Source: an uncultured bacterium
GTDB taxonomy: Bacteria; Bacillota; Clostridia; Lachnospirales; Lachnospiraceae
DNA length: 64,000 bases
Direction of reading: 5' to 3'
Assembly (NCBI GenBank): GCA_945949875.1
Contig: CAMFGH010000004.1
Span: 3,135 to 67,134 of the forward strand
Shown here: positions 9,134 to 19,743 of the stretch, piece after piece
Numbering within the stretch: the stretch's first letter is position 1
Layout: each line of letters begins with the position of its first letter
Translations under genes and position numbers: made by a program
The notes under the pieces: model-generated
Database searches by the model: none
What the model saw: only the letters and a program-made list of their open reading frames with translations
Told to the model about the DNA's origin: nothing

Positions 9134-10021
9134 ATGGCGGATTTTATTCTGAGTTGTTGTTCTACAGCAGATTTGACAAAAGATCATTTTGAATCACGAA
9201 ATATCAAGTATGTATGTTTTCACTTTGAGATAGACGGGAAGCAGTACCCCGATGATTTGGGTGAATCCTTCCCTTTTCCGGACTTTTATAAGAAAATGGA
9301 AGAGGGGGCAATGACGAAAACTTCACAGGTCAATGCAGAGGAGTTTATCGATTATTTTGAACCTTATCTGAAGGAGGGAAAAGATATTCTGCATCTTTGC
9401 CTTTCCTCCGGAATATCCGGTGTTTATAACTCGGCATGCATCGCTCAGAGCGAACTGCAGGAAAAATATCCGGACAGAAAAATCTATGTGGTGGATTCTC
9501 TTTGTGCATCTTCCGGGCTGGGACTTTTGATGGATGATCTGGCAGATATGCGGGATGCCGGAAAAGACATCGATCAGATCTATGAATGGGTCAAAGAAAA
9601 TCTGAAGTATGTGCAGCACTGGTTTTTTACATCCGATCTTACCTACCTGGTGCGTGGTGGCCGGGTTTCAAAAGTGGCAGGAGCCATCGGAAGTGTACTG
9701 AACATATGCCCGATTTTAAATGTAAACAGCGAAGGAAAACTGATTACCCGTGCCAAAGTCAGGACGAAAAAGAAAGCTATGGCAGAAATGATGGAGCGTA
9801 TGAAAGCCCGTGCCCAGAATGGTACGGATTATGATGGAAAATGTTATATTTCCCAATCTGCCTGTTATGATGATGCAAGAGCATTAGCGGATATGATCGA
9901 AGCTGCTTTCCCGAAGCTTAACGGAAAAGTGCTGATCAATGATATCGGAACAACCATCGGCAGCCATACCGGCCCCGGACTTATCGCTCTGTTTTTCTGG
10001 GGAGACGAGAGGGAACTGTAG
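9134..10021 (+). CDS. DegV/FakB family fatty-acid-binding protein
   Basis: STADL, TKTSQ, LSSGISG, VVDS, YLVRGGR and IGSHTGPG motifs. Confidence 0.93.
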   Translation: MADFILSCCSTADLTKDHFESRNIKYVCFHFEIDGKQYPDDLGESFPFPDFYKKMEEGAMTKTSQVNAEEFIDYFEPYLKEGKDILHLCLSSGISGVYNSACIAQSELQEKYPDRKIYVVDSLCASSGLGLLMDDLADMRDAGKDIDQIYEWVKENLKYVQHWFFTSDLTYLVRGGRVSKVAGAIGSVLNICPILNVNSEGKLITRAKVRTKKKAMAEMMERMKARAQNGTDYDGKCYISQSACYDDARALADMIEAAFPKLNGKVLINDIGTTIGSHTGPGLIALFFWGDEREL

Positions 10022-10149
10022 AAATAAACAAGAGAACTATAGGAATATGACAGCATGATAAACAGAGTGATTAGAATGCTGTGATAAGAACAAAAAGAAA
10101 AGGCTTCGCATATATTGTTTTTAAGAACAGGTATATGCGGAGTTTTTTT

Positions 10150-11415
10150 ATGCCTAATTTGCTGAAAGCAGCGCAGGAAAATCTTGTAGATCGCGGAAAA
10201 CTTCAAATCGATGTGGCATCCACTATCGGTCTGATTCCAGTTACCAATGCAAAAATAGAGATTACGTTCAGAAGCCCCGGTGGTGAAAGCCAGAGGGTCA
10301 TGGAAACTTTAAATACCAATATTTCAGGGCAGTCCGAGGTGGTAGAACTGCCGGCTCCTGCCTTTGAATATTCCCAGGAACCCGGGGAGGTACAGCCATA
10401 CTCGGAATACGATATTCTGGTGACTGCACCGGGATACGAAAGTGTGTTTATTGAAGGGACACAGATCCTTCCGGATGTGACAGCCATCCAGCCGATCAGA
10501 ATGGTACCTCAGGAAGTGGAAAAAGCCCCGGAAGAGGATATTGTGATCCCGGAACATACTTTGTTTGGAGACTATCCTCCTAAAATAGAGGAAGATGAGA
10601 TCAAAAGATCAGAAGATACCGGAGAGATCATCTTAAGTCGTGTGGTAATACCGGAAACCATTGTAGTACATGATGGTCTGCCCAACGAAAATGCACCAAA
10701 CTATTATGTGTCATACAAAGATTATATTAAGAACGTGGTTTCATCGGAAATTTATGCAACCTGGCCGGAATCCACGATTTATGCCAATACCCTGGCGATT
10801 CTGTCCTTTACACTGAATCGGGTTTACACGGAGTGGTACAGGGGGCAGGGGAAGAATTTCACTATTACGTCTTCTACTGCTTACGACCAGAAATGGATGC
10901 GCGGAAGAAATATCTACTCCAACATCGATTACCTGGTGGATTCTATTTTTGCCAACTACTTATCCAGACCCGGTGTGCAGCAGCCTATTTTCACCTCCTA
11001 CTGTAATGGGACAACAGCCACATGCAGCGGATTGTCCCAGTGGGGTTCCAAATATTTAGGAGATCAGGGGTATTCTGCTATCGAAATCATCCGTTATTAC
11101 TACGGAAATAACATGTATATTAATACAGCGGAAGATATTTCAGGTATTCCAAGTTCCTGGCCGGGATACAATCTGACCATAGGCTCTACCGGAAATAAAG
11201 TTCTTCAGATGCAGCGGCAGCTCAACCGGATCGCACAGAACTATCCAGCCATTCCGAAAATAGCGGAAGATGGGGTATTTGGCAGAGAAACAGCCAATGC
11301 AGTGAGGGTTTTTCAGAGTGTATTTGGACTGCCGGCGTCCGGTATCGTAGATTATCCCACCTGGTATAAAATATCTGCCATCTATGTAGCAGTTACGAGG
11401 ATCGCAGAACCATAG
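10150..11415 (+). CDS. sleC: Spore cortex-lytic enzyme SleC-like (SpoIID-like + peptidoglycan-binding domain)
   Basis: PETIVVHDG, YKDYIKNVVSSEIYATW, SFTLNRVYTEWY and C-terminal DGVFGRETANAVRVFQ PG-binding motif. Start uncertain. Confidence 0.8.
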   Translation: MPNLLKAAQENLVDRGKLQIDVASTIGLIPVTNAKIEITFRSPGGESQRVMETLNTNISGQSEVVELPAPAFEYSQEPGEVQPYSEYDILVTAPGYESVFIEGTQILPDVTAIQPIRMVPQEVEKAPEEDIVIPEHTLFGDYPPKIEEDEIKRSEDTGEIILSRVVIPETIVVHDGLPNENAPNYYVSYKDYIKNVVSSEIYATWPESTIYANTLAILSFTLNRVYTEWYRGQGKNFTITSSTAYDQKWMRGRNIYSNIDYLVDSIFANYLSRPGVQQPIFTSYCNGTTATCSGLSQWGSKYLGDQGYSAIEIIRYYYGNNMYINTAEDISGIPSSWPGYNLTIGSTGNKVLQMQRQLNRIAQNYPAIPKIAEDGVFGRETANAVRVFQSVFGLPASGIVDYPTWYKISAIYVAVTRIAEP

Positions 11416-11579
11416 AATGTCCTGATAAACAGAAGTACATGTTCGGTTAAACAGAAATACAGTGTCTGAATGAATTATAGCGTACTATTTTCGATAAATT
11501 ACGACACATAATACTGTGGAAAAAAGATGCAAAATGTTGTATTATTATACTGTATGACTTTTGAGGAAGGAGGTACCTT

Positions 11580-14500
11580 ATGAAAGAAATTGTAGACAGA
11601 ATTTTAGATGGACAATTTGAATATGATAATGGCAGCCTCGACTTTTCTCAAGTCAAGATTGAGATTCAGATAAAGCCCGGAGAAACATATGAGGGTTCTT
11701 TCCGGATTATTGGAAAAGAAGATAAACTTACGGAAGGATTTGTCCTCTCTTCCGACAGCAGGATGGAGTGCGTTACCAACCATTTTCTGGGCGGAACCGA
11801 AGAAATCGCATTTGCATTTCATGGAAAAGGTCTGGAAGAGGGAGATGTGCTGAAGGGATATTTTTATATCATCAGCAATCAGGGAGAGTATTCCCTGCCT
11901 TTTGTTGTCATGGTATCCCATACCGTTCTGAAGTCGGAAATGGGAGATATTAAGAACCTGTTCCATTTTGCCAATCTGGCAAAAGCAAACTGGATGGAAG
12001 CAGTCAGACTGTTCTATTCTCCGGAGTTTGAACGACTTTTTACTGACAATGACCGAAAATTTGCGGATCTTTATAAGGGGCTTTCCAGAAAATATCTGAA
12101 TGAGCGTAATGTGGAAGAATTCCTGATCGCCATTCATAAAAAACAGAAGGTCAGATATCTGCTGGACGAAACCAAAATACAACTGGATGCCAGGGAACAT
12201 CTGGAAAGGCATGAACTTCATATCACCCGAAACGGATGGGGATATACCTGGCTGCAGGCAGAAGTGCAGGGTGATTTTATTCAGATCGATAAAGAAGTTC
12301 TTTGCGATGATGACTTTTTAGGAAACCGTTGCAAATTTTATTATTACATAGATCAGGATGCTCTTCATGAAGGGCAGAATTATGGTGCAATCCATTTCTA
12401 TAATACCTTTGAGGACATTTTACTGGCGATTCAGGTGAGGAAGGATCCCGTACTGCCTGAAAAAACGGATTTCAGGAAAGAAAAACAACAGATCACTTCA
12501 CAGATCATGGAATATTACAGCGCTTTTCGTATGAAGAAGATCAGTACCAAATCGTGGCTTCAAAGCAATTATGAGCTGGTGCAGAAATGGATGGAAATGG
12601 ATGACACAGATCCGATTCCCAAACTGTATCATGCCCATCTGCTGATGACGGAAAACAGGCAGAACGAAGCCGGGTGGGTACTGGAGCGCGCAAAAGCCAG
12701 TATTATGCAGAGTGATGATATGAGCAGTTCTCTGTGGAGCTACTATTTGTATCTGACCACGCTTCGAAACAGAGAAGAGAGCTATGTCAATACCATAGCA
12801 GCTGAAATCGCAGGGACCTACAAACAGGAACCCGAAAACTGGCGGGTGGGTTGGCTGCTTTTGTATCTGTCACCGGAGTACAATTCATCTTATTCGAAGA
12901 AATGGCTGTTTATTAAGAGACAGTTTGAAATGGGCTGTAACAGTCCGGTATTTTATATTGAAGCTTTATTACTCATGCGTCTCGAACCTTCTCTCTTTAT
13001 GGAGCTGGGAGAGTTCGAGCTGCATGTGCTTACCTATGCTGCAAAGCATGAACTTTTAACCGATGAGATCATGATGCAGCTTCATTACCTTGCACCCAGA
13101 GTGCGTGGTTTTTCGCCCAGACTGCTTCGGATTCTGCAGAAAGCATACGAACAGAAGGAAGACGAGGAAACCTTACAGAATATCTGTACGATGCTGATCA
13201 AAGGCGGAAAACGGGGTACAGAGTATTTTAAGTGGTATGCAGCCGGAGTGGAAAAAAACCTGAGAATAACGCAGCTGTATGAATATTATATGTACAGTGT
13301 TGATCTGCAGGGAGATATCAGACTTCCAAAAGTCATCTACATGTATTTTGCATATCACAATACCTTAAGCTGGGAGCGCTCGGCGTATTTATATGCTTCT
13401 CTGCAAAGAGATAAAGAGGAATACCCGGAATTGTATCAGAATGAGCAGTTCCATATTCAGGATTTTGTTTTGCAGATGATACGTGCCGAAAGAATCAATC
13501 GCCATTTGGCGTATCTTTATAAAAATGTGATTCAGGCGCAGATGATCGATGAAGAAATTGCAAAAAAACTGGCAAAGCTTTTGTTTACTCATGAAATTCA
13601 TATCCTGCCGGAAGTACTGAAAGAATCTTCCATTCAAAGTGCCGATCCGGTATGGAAAATAGTAAACAAAGTAGTTTTACGTATGCCGAATATAGCAGAG
13701 GAGCAGATTTATCCTATCCTGGACGGCAGAGCAAATGTACCGATTTACGGGGACGAATATACGCTGCTTTTTGAAGATGCCGAAGGAAACCGTTATTTTT
13801 CGGGAATTGAATATGAGACAGAAAGACTTCTTTCCTCCGGGAAATTAATACAGGAAATCGAAAAACAGGATTATGAAACCTTAGGCCTTCAGCTTTATTT
13901 ATGTAAGGGAAATGACAGTGAACAGCATATCCTGCCGGACAATGTGAAACGGTATGAATGTCTGCTAAACAGTGATAATATTCTGCCGGATTACAAACGG
14001 GATCTGCTACCTAAGATGGTAAAATACTATTATGATCAGGATGAAATAAATGTATTGGATCAGTTCCTGGACCATGTTGATCCGATGATTCTGGACAGTA
14101 ATAAACGTGGAGAGGTCATTCGTTATCTGGTGATCAGGGAATTAAACGATAAGGCGATGGAGTGGATCAGTCAGTTTGGAATGGAAGGGATAGATCCTAA
14201 GACGATTCTGCGTCTGGCATCCAGACTTTTGCAGCAGGAAGTGGACAACCCACAAATCCTTTCTCTGTGCAATTATAGTTTTGAACACGGGAAATACGAT
14301 GTTTACACGCTGGAATACCTGATGCAGCACTATGAAGGTACCACAAAAGGAATGCGCAACATCTGGAAAGCGGCGAAAGAAAAGAATCTGGATATTCACG
14401 ATTTCAGCGAAAAACTATTGGTTCAGATGCTGTTTACCGGATATTTTGTGGGCGAGAAAATGGAAATTTTCCGCAGTTATCTGGAAAAGGAGACAAGCAG

Positions 14501-15182
14501 GTCCATTGAAAAGGCATTTCTGGCACAGTGCAGTTATGACTATTTTGTAAAGGACAAGCTGACAAAGGCCGTGATTTTTGAGGATATTCTGCGTCTCTAT
14601 CAGCTGGGGGAAGAAATCCAGAAGGTATGCCTTCTGGCCTATACCAAGTACTATGCGGAAAACAAAGAAAAAATCCGGGAGGCGGAAGAACACTTTTTGA
14701 AGTACTGCCTGTGGACACTGCAGAAAGAGGGGATTTCCTTGCCCTATTTTGCAGAGTATGTTGGAATGTTTTCGTTTATGGACAGATTCTATGATAAGAC
14801 GATTCTGGAATATAAGACGAGACCCGGAACTACCGTGCGTCTACACTACATGCTGGAGAGCAAGGAAAATCAGGGTGGAGAGTACCATACCACTGAAATG
14901 AAAGATATTTATGGTGGAGTCTGTACCTGTGTGTTTACCCTCTTCTTTGGAGAAAAACTCTTATATTACATTACAGAAGAAGCAGGTGGAGAGGAAGAGC
15001 TGACGGAGAGTGGCAGTGTATCCCGTAATGATATGGGCCGTGACGGGTTAAGCAGTCGTTTTGAAATGCTGAACGATATCATGATCTCGGAAACCCTGCA
15101 GGATTATGAAACCATGGGCAGTATGCTGATGGAATATGAGAAAACAGATTATATGCAGGAACTGTTGTTTGAACTGCAGTAG
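11580..15182 (+). CDS. Large conserved hypothetical protein (DUF5717-like; beta-rich N-terminus, long helical body)
   Basis: 1200-aa ORF with strong AGGAGG RBS; resembles the Lachnospiraceae DUF5717 family from memory. Confidence 0.7.
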   Translation: MKEIVDRILDGQFEYDNGSLDFSQVKIEIQIKPGETYEGSFRIIGKEDKLTEGFVLSSDSRMECVTNHFLGGTEEIAFAFHGKGLEEGDVLKGYFYIISNQGEYSLPFVVMVSHTVLKSEMGDIKNLFHFANLAKANWMEAVRLFYSPEFERLFTDNDRKFADLYKGLSRKYLNERNVEEFLIAIHKKQKVRYLLDETKIQLDAREHLERHELHITRNGWGYTWLQAEVQGDFIQIDKEVLCDDDFLGNRCKFYYYIDQDALHEGQNYGAIHFYNTFEDILLAIQVRKDPVLPEKTDFRKEKQQITSQIMEYYSAFRMKKISTKSWLQSNYELVQKWMEMDDTDPIPKLYHAHLLMTENRQNEAGWVLERAKASIMQSDDMSSSLWSYYLYLTTLRNREESYVNTIAAEIAGTYKQEPENWRVGWLLLYLSPEYNSSYSKKWLFIKRQFEMGCNSPVFYIEALLLMRLEPSLFMELGEFELHVLTYAAKHELLTDEIMMQLHYLAPRVRGFSPRLLRILQKAYEQKEDEETLQNICTMLIKGGKRGTEYFKWYAAGVEKNLRITQLYEYYMYSVDLQGDIRLPKVIYMYFAYHNTLSWERSAYLYASLQRDKEEYPELYQNEQFHIQDFVLQMIRAERINRHLAYLYKNVIQAQMIDEEIAKKLAKLLFTHEIHILPEVLKESSIQSADPVWKIVNKVVLRMPNIAEEQIYPILDGRANVPIYGDEYTLLFEDAEGNRYFSGIEYETERLLSSGKLIQEIEKQDYETLGLQLYLCKGNDSEQHILPDNVKRYECLLNSDNILPDYKRDLLPKMVKYYYDQDEINVLDQFLDHVDPMILDSNKRGEVIRYLVIRELNDKAMEWISQFGMEGIDPKTILRLASRLLQQEVDNPQILSLCNYSFEHGKYDVYTLEYLMQHYEGTTKGMRNIWKAAKEKNLDIHDFSEKLLVQMLFTGYFVGEKMEIFRSYLEKETSRSIEKAFLAQCSYDYFVKDKLTKAVIFEDILRLYQLGEEIQKVCLLAYTKYYAENKEKIREAEEHFLKYCLWTLQKEGISLPYFAEYVGMFSFMDRFYDKTILEYKTRPGTTVRLHYMLESKENQGGEYHTTEMKDIYGGVCTCVFTLFFGEKLLYYITEEAGGEEELTESGSVSRNDMGRDGLSSRFEMLNDIMISETLQDYETMGSMLMEYEKTDYMQELLFELQ

Positions 15183-15262
15183 AGATGATAGAAGAGCCAG
15201 GAGTGGTTTTTGACACTTATGTCATATAATGAAAAGCTATAAGGAAGTGCAAAGGAGTTACC

Positions 15263-16621
15263 ATGCTGTTTGACGGATTGGATAAAAAGAACAATCGATA
15301 TATGGTTGGTTATGATTTGGGAGAAATGGCCTCCCAGATCAGCTTTTGCACCTTAAATCAGAACGAGCCGGAAACTCTTCCTATCGTGGCAGGGACAGAG
15401 GAATATAATATTCCTACGGTCCTTTGCAAAAGAACGGAAGTGAATCAGTGGTTCTATGGAAAAGAGGCCCTGAAGCATATACAGGATGGAGACGGAATAC
15501 AGGTGGATCATCTGCTTTCAAAGGCATACGATGGAAGCATGGTGGTGATAGAAGAACAGGAATACGATCCGGTAGCACTTTTGGCTTTATTTGTGAAAAA
15601 GAGTTTTCACTTGTTTGGTCTGATCGCACCTATGGACAAGATTGAGATACTGGTTATCACCACGAGACTTTTCGATGCCAGAATGGTAGATGTGTTAGAG
15701 CAGGTAGTGGGAGCCCTGGGGCTTAGGACAAACCGGATATTTTTCCAGAATTATGCAGAAAGTTTTTACAATTATATGCTGCATCAGTCCCGGGATCTGT
15801 GGAAAGGCAAGTCCATCATCTTTGATTATGGCCGGGACTTTCTGAGAGGCTACTTCCTGGAATACAATACCAGAACTACGCCGGTGGTAGCTTTTGTGCA
15901 GGAAAAAGAATGGGAGCAGTATCGGCTGCCGGAGTGGCCGGAAGAAGAAGCTGCTTTGCAGATGGAAAAAGAGCAGCTGGATGAAAGATTTTTGATGGAT
16001 ATCCGTCCGGAATTCCAGAACCAGTTCATTACAGCAGTGTATCTGGTGGGGGATGGATTTGAAGGAGAATGGGCTGAAAAATCCCTGCAGTTCCTTTGTC
16101 GGGGAAGACGTGTTTTCCGGGGAAATAATCTGTACAGTAAAGGGGCTGCATACAGCGCCATGGAAAAGCTCTGTCCTTCTGAGGCAGGAAAACAACATGT
16201 ATTTCTGGGAAGGGAAAAGTTAAAAGCAAACATTGGTCTGCAGGTTGTGAAGGATGGGCAGGAAAGCTATAAAGCATTAATTGATGCCGGAGTGAACTGG
16301 TATGATGTAAAAGGAGCTTATCAGTTTATCCTGGAATCGGGCGACAGTTTTATGATGACAGTAACTCCCCTTGCTCATGTTTTTCCGGAGAAAACTCCTG
16401 CCGGAAAGTATCCGGTAAGAAATATAGAGATTGAACTAAGGGGGTTGCCGGAGAGACCAAAGCGGGCTACCAGACTGGAAATCCGGTTTTACATGAAAGA
16501 TGTGGAGCATCTGGAAATAGAGGTAGAAGACCTGGGATTTGGTGAGATCATAAAAGGAACTCACCATGTATGGACAAAAGAAATCGTAACAAGTGAAATC
16601 GTAACAAGTGGAGAAGCGTAA
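15263..16621 (+). CDS. DUF5716-like protein with degenerate Hsp70/DnaK-type motifs
   Basis: VGYDLG, WFYGKEA, IFDYG, VYLVGDG and LRGLPERPKRATRLEIRF...VEDLGFGE; AAGGAG RBS. Confidence 0.7.
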   Translation: MLFDGLDKKNNRYMVGYDLGEMASQISFCTLNQNEPETLPIVAGTEEYNIPTVLCKRTEVNQWFYGKEALKHIQDGDGIQVDHLLSKAYDGSMVVIEEQEYDPVALLALFVKKSFHLFGLIAPMDKIEILVITTRLFDARMVDVLEQVVGALGLRTNRIFFQNYAESFYNYMLHQSRDLWKGKSIIFDYGRDFLRGYFLEYNTRTTPVVAFVQEKEWEQYRLPEWPEEEAALQMEKEQLDERFLMDIRPEFQNQFITAVYLVGDGFEGEWAEKSLQFLCRGRRVFRGNNLYSKGAAYSAMEKLCPSEAGKQHVFLGREKLKANIGLQVVKDGQESYKALIDAGVNWYDVKGAYQFILESGDSFMMTVTPLAHVFPEKTPAGKYPVRNIEIELRGLPERPKRATRLEIRFYMKDVEHLEIEVEDLGFGEIIKGTHHVWTKEIVTSEIVTSGEA

Positions 16622-17461
16622 ATGGGAAGGCTGATCGATACCGTCGGTAATTATGCGGAAAAACCATATATTGTGCCTCAGGTGGTAGTACCTGTCTACT
16701 GCGTTGAAGAATTGTGCTACATTCTGTGTAATAATGCTTTTCTTCTGGACCGCAGCATTATGGATGTTGATCTGGCAAAGTGGCTGGATGAACAGTGCGG
16801 ACTGCCGGAGCTTTCCAAAGCACTTTATCCACTGATTCATCAAAAGGGAACACCGAGTGCCCTGGCGGGGATTATTTTAGAATATGCCCATTACGGAACG
16901 GAACGGGAAAGAAAAGAAATCGAAGATCTGTTTCGTGAAAGTGCCGACATGGATATCACGGATAAAATGAAAAATCACGGGGACTATATGGTGAAGAGCG
17001 GATTATATGCGCAGGCAGTGAGGGAATATGACAACATGCTTTCGGATTATCCGGCATTAAATCATACCTTTCGCTCGGAACTGCTTCATAATAAAGGTGT
17101 TGCATTGTGCCGATTGTTTGAGTTTAAAGAGGCGGCCGACAGTTTTCTGCGTGCCTTAGAAGAAAATCCGGATAACAGGAAGGCAGAACTTGGTTACCTG
17201 GGAGCACTCCGGATGAGACTGAGTAAAGAGGATTATATTGCTTTTGTGGCAGAACACAGTATGTGGTATGGGGCATCCCTGGAACTGGAAAAAGAGTATA
17301 ACCGGATCGAGCAGGAATTTGAGACTTCCTCAAGAAAACAATATGTAAGCAGACTGCTGGAAAAGAAATGGGGCAGTGATTTCGAAAACTATTACGATGA
17401 AATATCCAAATGCCTGGCAGAAAAAAAGCAAGCATATAGAGAGATGATTGTAGAAACATGA
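16622..17461 (+). CDS. TPR-containing hypothetical protein
   Basis: GDYMVKSGLYAQAVREY and LLHNKGVALCRLFEFKEAADSFLRALEENP are TPR-like; abuts the upstream stop. Confidence 0.7.
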   Translation: MGRLIDTVGNYAEKPYIVPQVVVPVYCVEELCYILCNNAFLLDRSIMDVDLAKWLDEQCGLPELSKALYPLIHQKGTPSALAGIILEYAHYGTERERKEIEDLFRESADMDITDKMKNHGDYMVKSGLYAQAVREYDNMLSDYPALNHTFRSELLHNKGVALCRLFEFKEAADSFLRALEENPDNRKAELGYLGALRMRLSKEDYIAFVAEHSMWYGASLELEKEYNRIEQEFETSSRKQYVSRLLEKKWGSDFENYYDEISKCLAEKKQAYREMIVET

Positions 17462-18657
17462 GTTTTTGGAAAAAGATATTTTCTTTTAAAAATAAAAATA
17501 TAAACCGGATGGCTGATTCCCAGTACGAAGACCGGGAAGAGATTCAGTGGGATGATATTCTCCTGAAAAGGGAAAATGTGAATATTCATGATGAATTCCA
17601 AAGAAAACAGTATGTGGAAGGCTGTCTGGAGCAGATGATGGATGCGGAGAAAGAACTTCATCAGCTGAATTATGAATATAGCGTAGTGACTTCCCATCTG
17701 ACTGACATAGAAGAACTGGAAGCATTGCCACAGGCCATGTATGACGATATCAGGGAAACTGCCTCTCAGGTGGTGAAAATCGAACATGATCAGGAAGTGT
17801 ACCATAAAAACAGTCATATGGAAGACATTCAGTTCGAAAGAATGCAGCAGATGGAGGATGAGGTAGAATCCGGAATCGAAAACCTGAAGAAGGCGGAAGA
17901 ATTTCATAAATTAGTCAAAAGCGACCTTCGCAAATTAAACGGAGAGAAAAAAGCATACCAGTTCAGAAAGTCGGAACTGGAAGAAGACGTGGATGGTTAT
18001 ACCGGAATGGCCAAGATATGTTTTGGGGCCATGGCACTGTGTCTGGTTGTGCTTTTGATTCTGCAGATCACATTGGAACTGGATGCAAGACTGGGATATG
18101 TTCTCATGGTGTGCGTGATGGCACTGGTGATCGTAAATTTCTACATCCGGTACAATGATGCACAAAAAGAACTGGTGAAAGTGGAACGTGAAATCAACCG
18201 GATCATAATCGCATCCAACCGTGTAAAGATCCGTTATGTTAATAATAAAAATCTATTGGATTATTTGAAACTGAAATATAAAGTGGAAAATGCAAAAGAG
18301 CTGGCAAAGAACTGGGAAGATTACCAGACCGAAAAGAAAGAGCGGGAGCTTTTGGAACAGGCGGAGCTGGATTATACCTTTTATCAGAAAGAACTGCTGA
18401 AAAAGCTCCGCAGATCAAGAGTAAAGGATACCAGTGTCTGGCTGCATCAGGCAGCAGCCATTGTGAATCCAAAAGAAATGGTAGAACTCAGGCATCAGCT
18501 GATCGGACGCAGGCAGGCTTTGCGGCAGCAGATGGATCACAACCGGAAGCTGGCATCTTCTTCCAAGGAGGAACTGAAGGATATCAGCCAGAATTATCCA
18601 CAGTATGCGGAGGAGATTTTAAAGCTGATGTCAAAATACGAAGCAGCCGAAAGCTGA
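17458..18657 (+). CDS. Coiled-coil protein with a central pair of TM helices
   Basis: ATGA overlap with the previous gene; hydrophobic pair at about aa 185-230 flanked by long E/K/Q-rich helices. Confidence 0.75.
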   Translation: MSFWKKIFSFKNKNINRMADSQYEDREEIQWDDILLKRENVNIHDEFQRKQYVEGCLEQMMDAEKELHQLNYEYSVVTSHLTDIEELEALPQAMYDDIRETASQVVKIEHDQEVYHKNSHMEDIQFERMQQMEDEVESGIENLKKAEEFHKLVKSDLRKLNGEKKAYQFRKSELEEDVDGYTGMAKICFGAMALCLVVLLILQITLELDARLGYVLMVCVMALVIVNFYIRYNDAQKELVKVEREINRIIIASNRVKIRYVNNKNLLDYLKLKYKVENAKELAKNWEDYQTEKKERELLEQAELDYTFYQKELLKKLRRSRVKDTSVWLHQAAAIVNPKEMVELRHQLIGRRQALRQQMDHNRKLASSSKEELKDISQNYPQYAEEILKLMSKYEAAES

Positions 18658-18764
18658 TGTGGGAGCTTTGTGTCTATATCTCCAGGTTGACAGAAATGTT
18701 GTGGGCATGCTAAGATAAAATGGCTTTAGCGTGGTAAAACGTTAAAGGAAGAGGAGGAAAAAAC

Positions 18765-19661
18765 ATGAGAAAATTATTAGCAGTTCTTTGTGTCATGACA
18801 TTGACACTCAGCATGCTGACAGCATGTGGCTCCGCAAAGGAGACAGAAAGTGCAGCAGAGGATACAACTGCTGCAGCAGCAGAAACAGAAACAGCAGATG
18901 ATGCAGCGGAAACAGAAGCAACAGAAACAGAAACAGCAGAAACAACAGAAAGCACAGAAAGAACTACTTTTGTAGTAGGTTTCGATGCAGAATTCCCACC
19001 ATATGGCTATGCAGATGAGAATGGTGAATATACAGGATTTGACCTGGAACTGGCAGAAGCTGTATGTGAAATGGAAGGCTGGGAACTGGTAAAACAGCCA
19101 ATCGACTGGGACGCAAAGGATATGGAACTTTCTACCGGTGCCATTGACTGTATCTGGAACGGTTTTACAATGAATGGACGTGAAGATCAGTATACCTGGT
19201 CTGAGCCATATATTGATAACAGCCAGGTTTATGTAGTAGCAGCAGATTCCGGAATTTCTTCTCCGGCAGATCTGGCAGGAAAAGCAGTTGGTGTTCAGAA
19301 AGATTCTTCTGCACTGGCAGCACTGGAAGATGAAGAAAATGCAGATCTTATGGCAAGTTTCGGTACTTTAACACAGTATGCTGATTATAATACAGCATTT
19401 ATGGATCTGGAAGCAGGCGGAATCGACTGTGTAGCACTGGATATCGGTGTTGCAAATTACCAGATCGCATCCAGAGGAGACGGATATGTTATGCTGGATG
19501 AAAAACTTGCAACAGAACAGTATGGTATCGGTTTCCTGCTTGGCAATGAAGAACTTCGTGATATCGTACAGAAAGATGTAGAAGCTCTTTACGAAGACGG
19601 AACCGTAACAGCATTAGCAGAAAAATACGATTTGGTTGATTGCCTTTGCCTTGGCAAATAA
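18765..19661 (+). CDS. Polar amino-acid ABC transporter substrate-binding lipoprotein
   Basis: Lipobox LTAC, T/E/A-rich linker, VGFDAEFPPYG and GFDLELAEAV motifs. Confidence 0.92.
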   Translation: MRKLLAVLCVMTLTLSMLTACGSAKETESAAEDTTAAAAETETADDAAETEATETETAETTESTERTTFVVGFDAEFPPYGYADENGEYTGFDLELAEAVCEMEGWELVKQPIDWDAKDMELSTGAIDCIWNGFTMNGREDQYTWSEPYIDNSQVYVVAADSGISSPADLAGKAVGVQKDSSALAALEDEENADLMASFGTLTQYADYNTAFMDLEAGGIDCVALDIGVANYQIASRGDGYVMLDEKLATEQYGIGFLLGNEELRDIVQKDVEALYEDGTVTALAEKYDLVDCLCLGK

Positions 19662-19743
19662 ATAGTCATTTCGGGGAAGCAGGACGGTCTGGCTGTCACT
19701 GCTTCCTTTTTCTATATCACAAATGCAGTAGTGGGGGTAAACT

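Noticed and set aside
8966-9187. 73-aa minus-strand ORF over the hairpin
   Set aside because: No RBS or homology cues; overlaps the degV start; likely spurious.
18835-18965. ACAGAA/GCAGAA repeat tract
   Set aside because: Encodes the ordinary T/E/A linker of an ABC lipoprotein.
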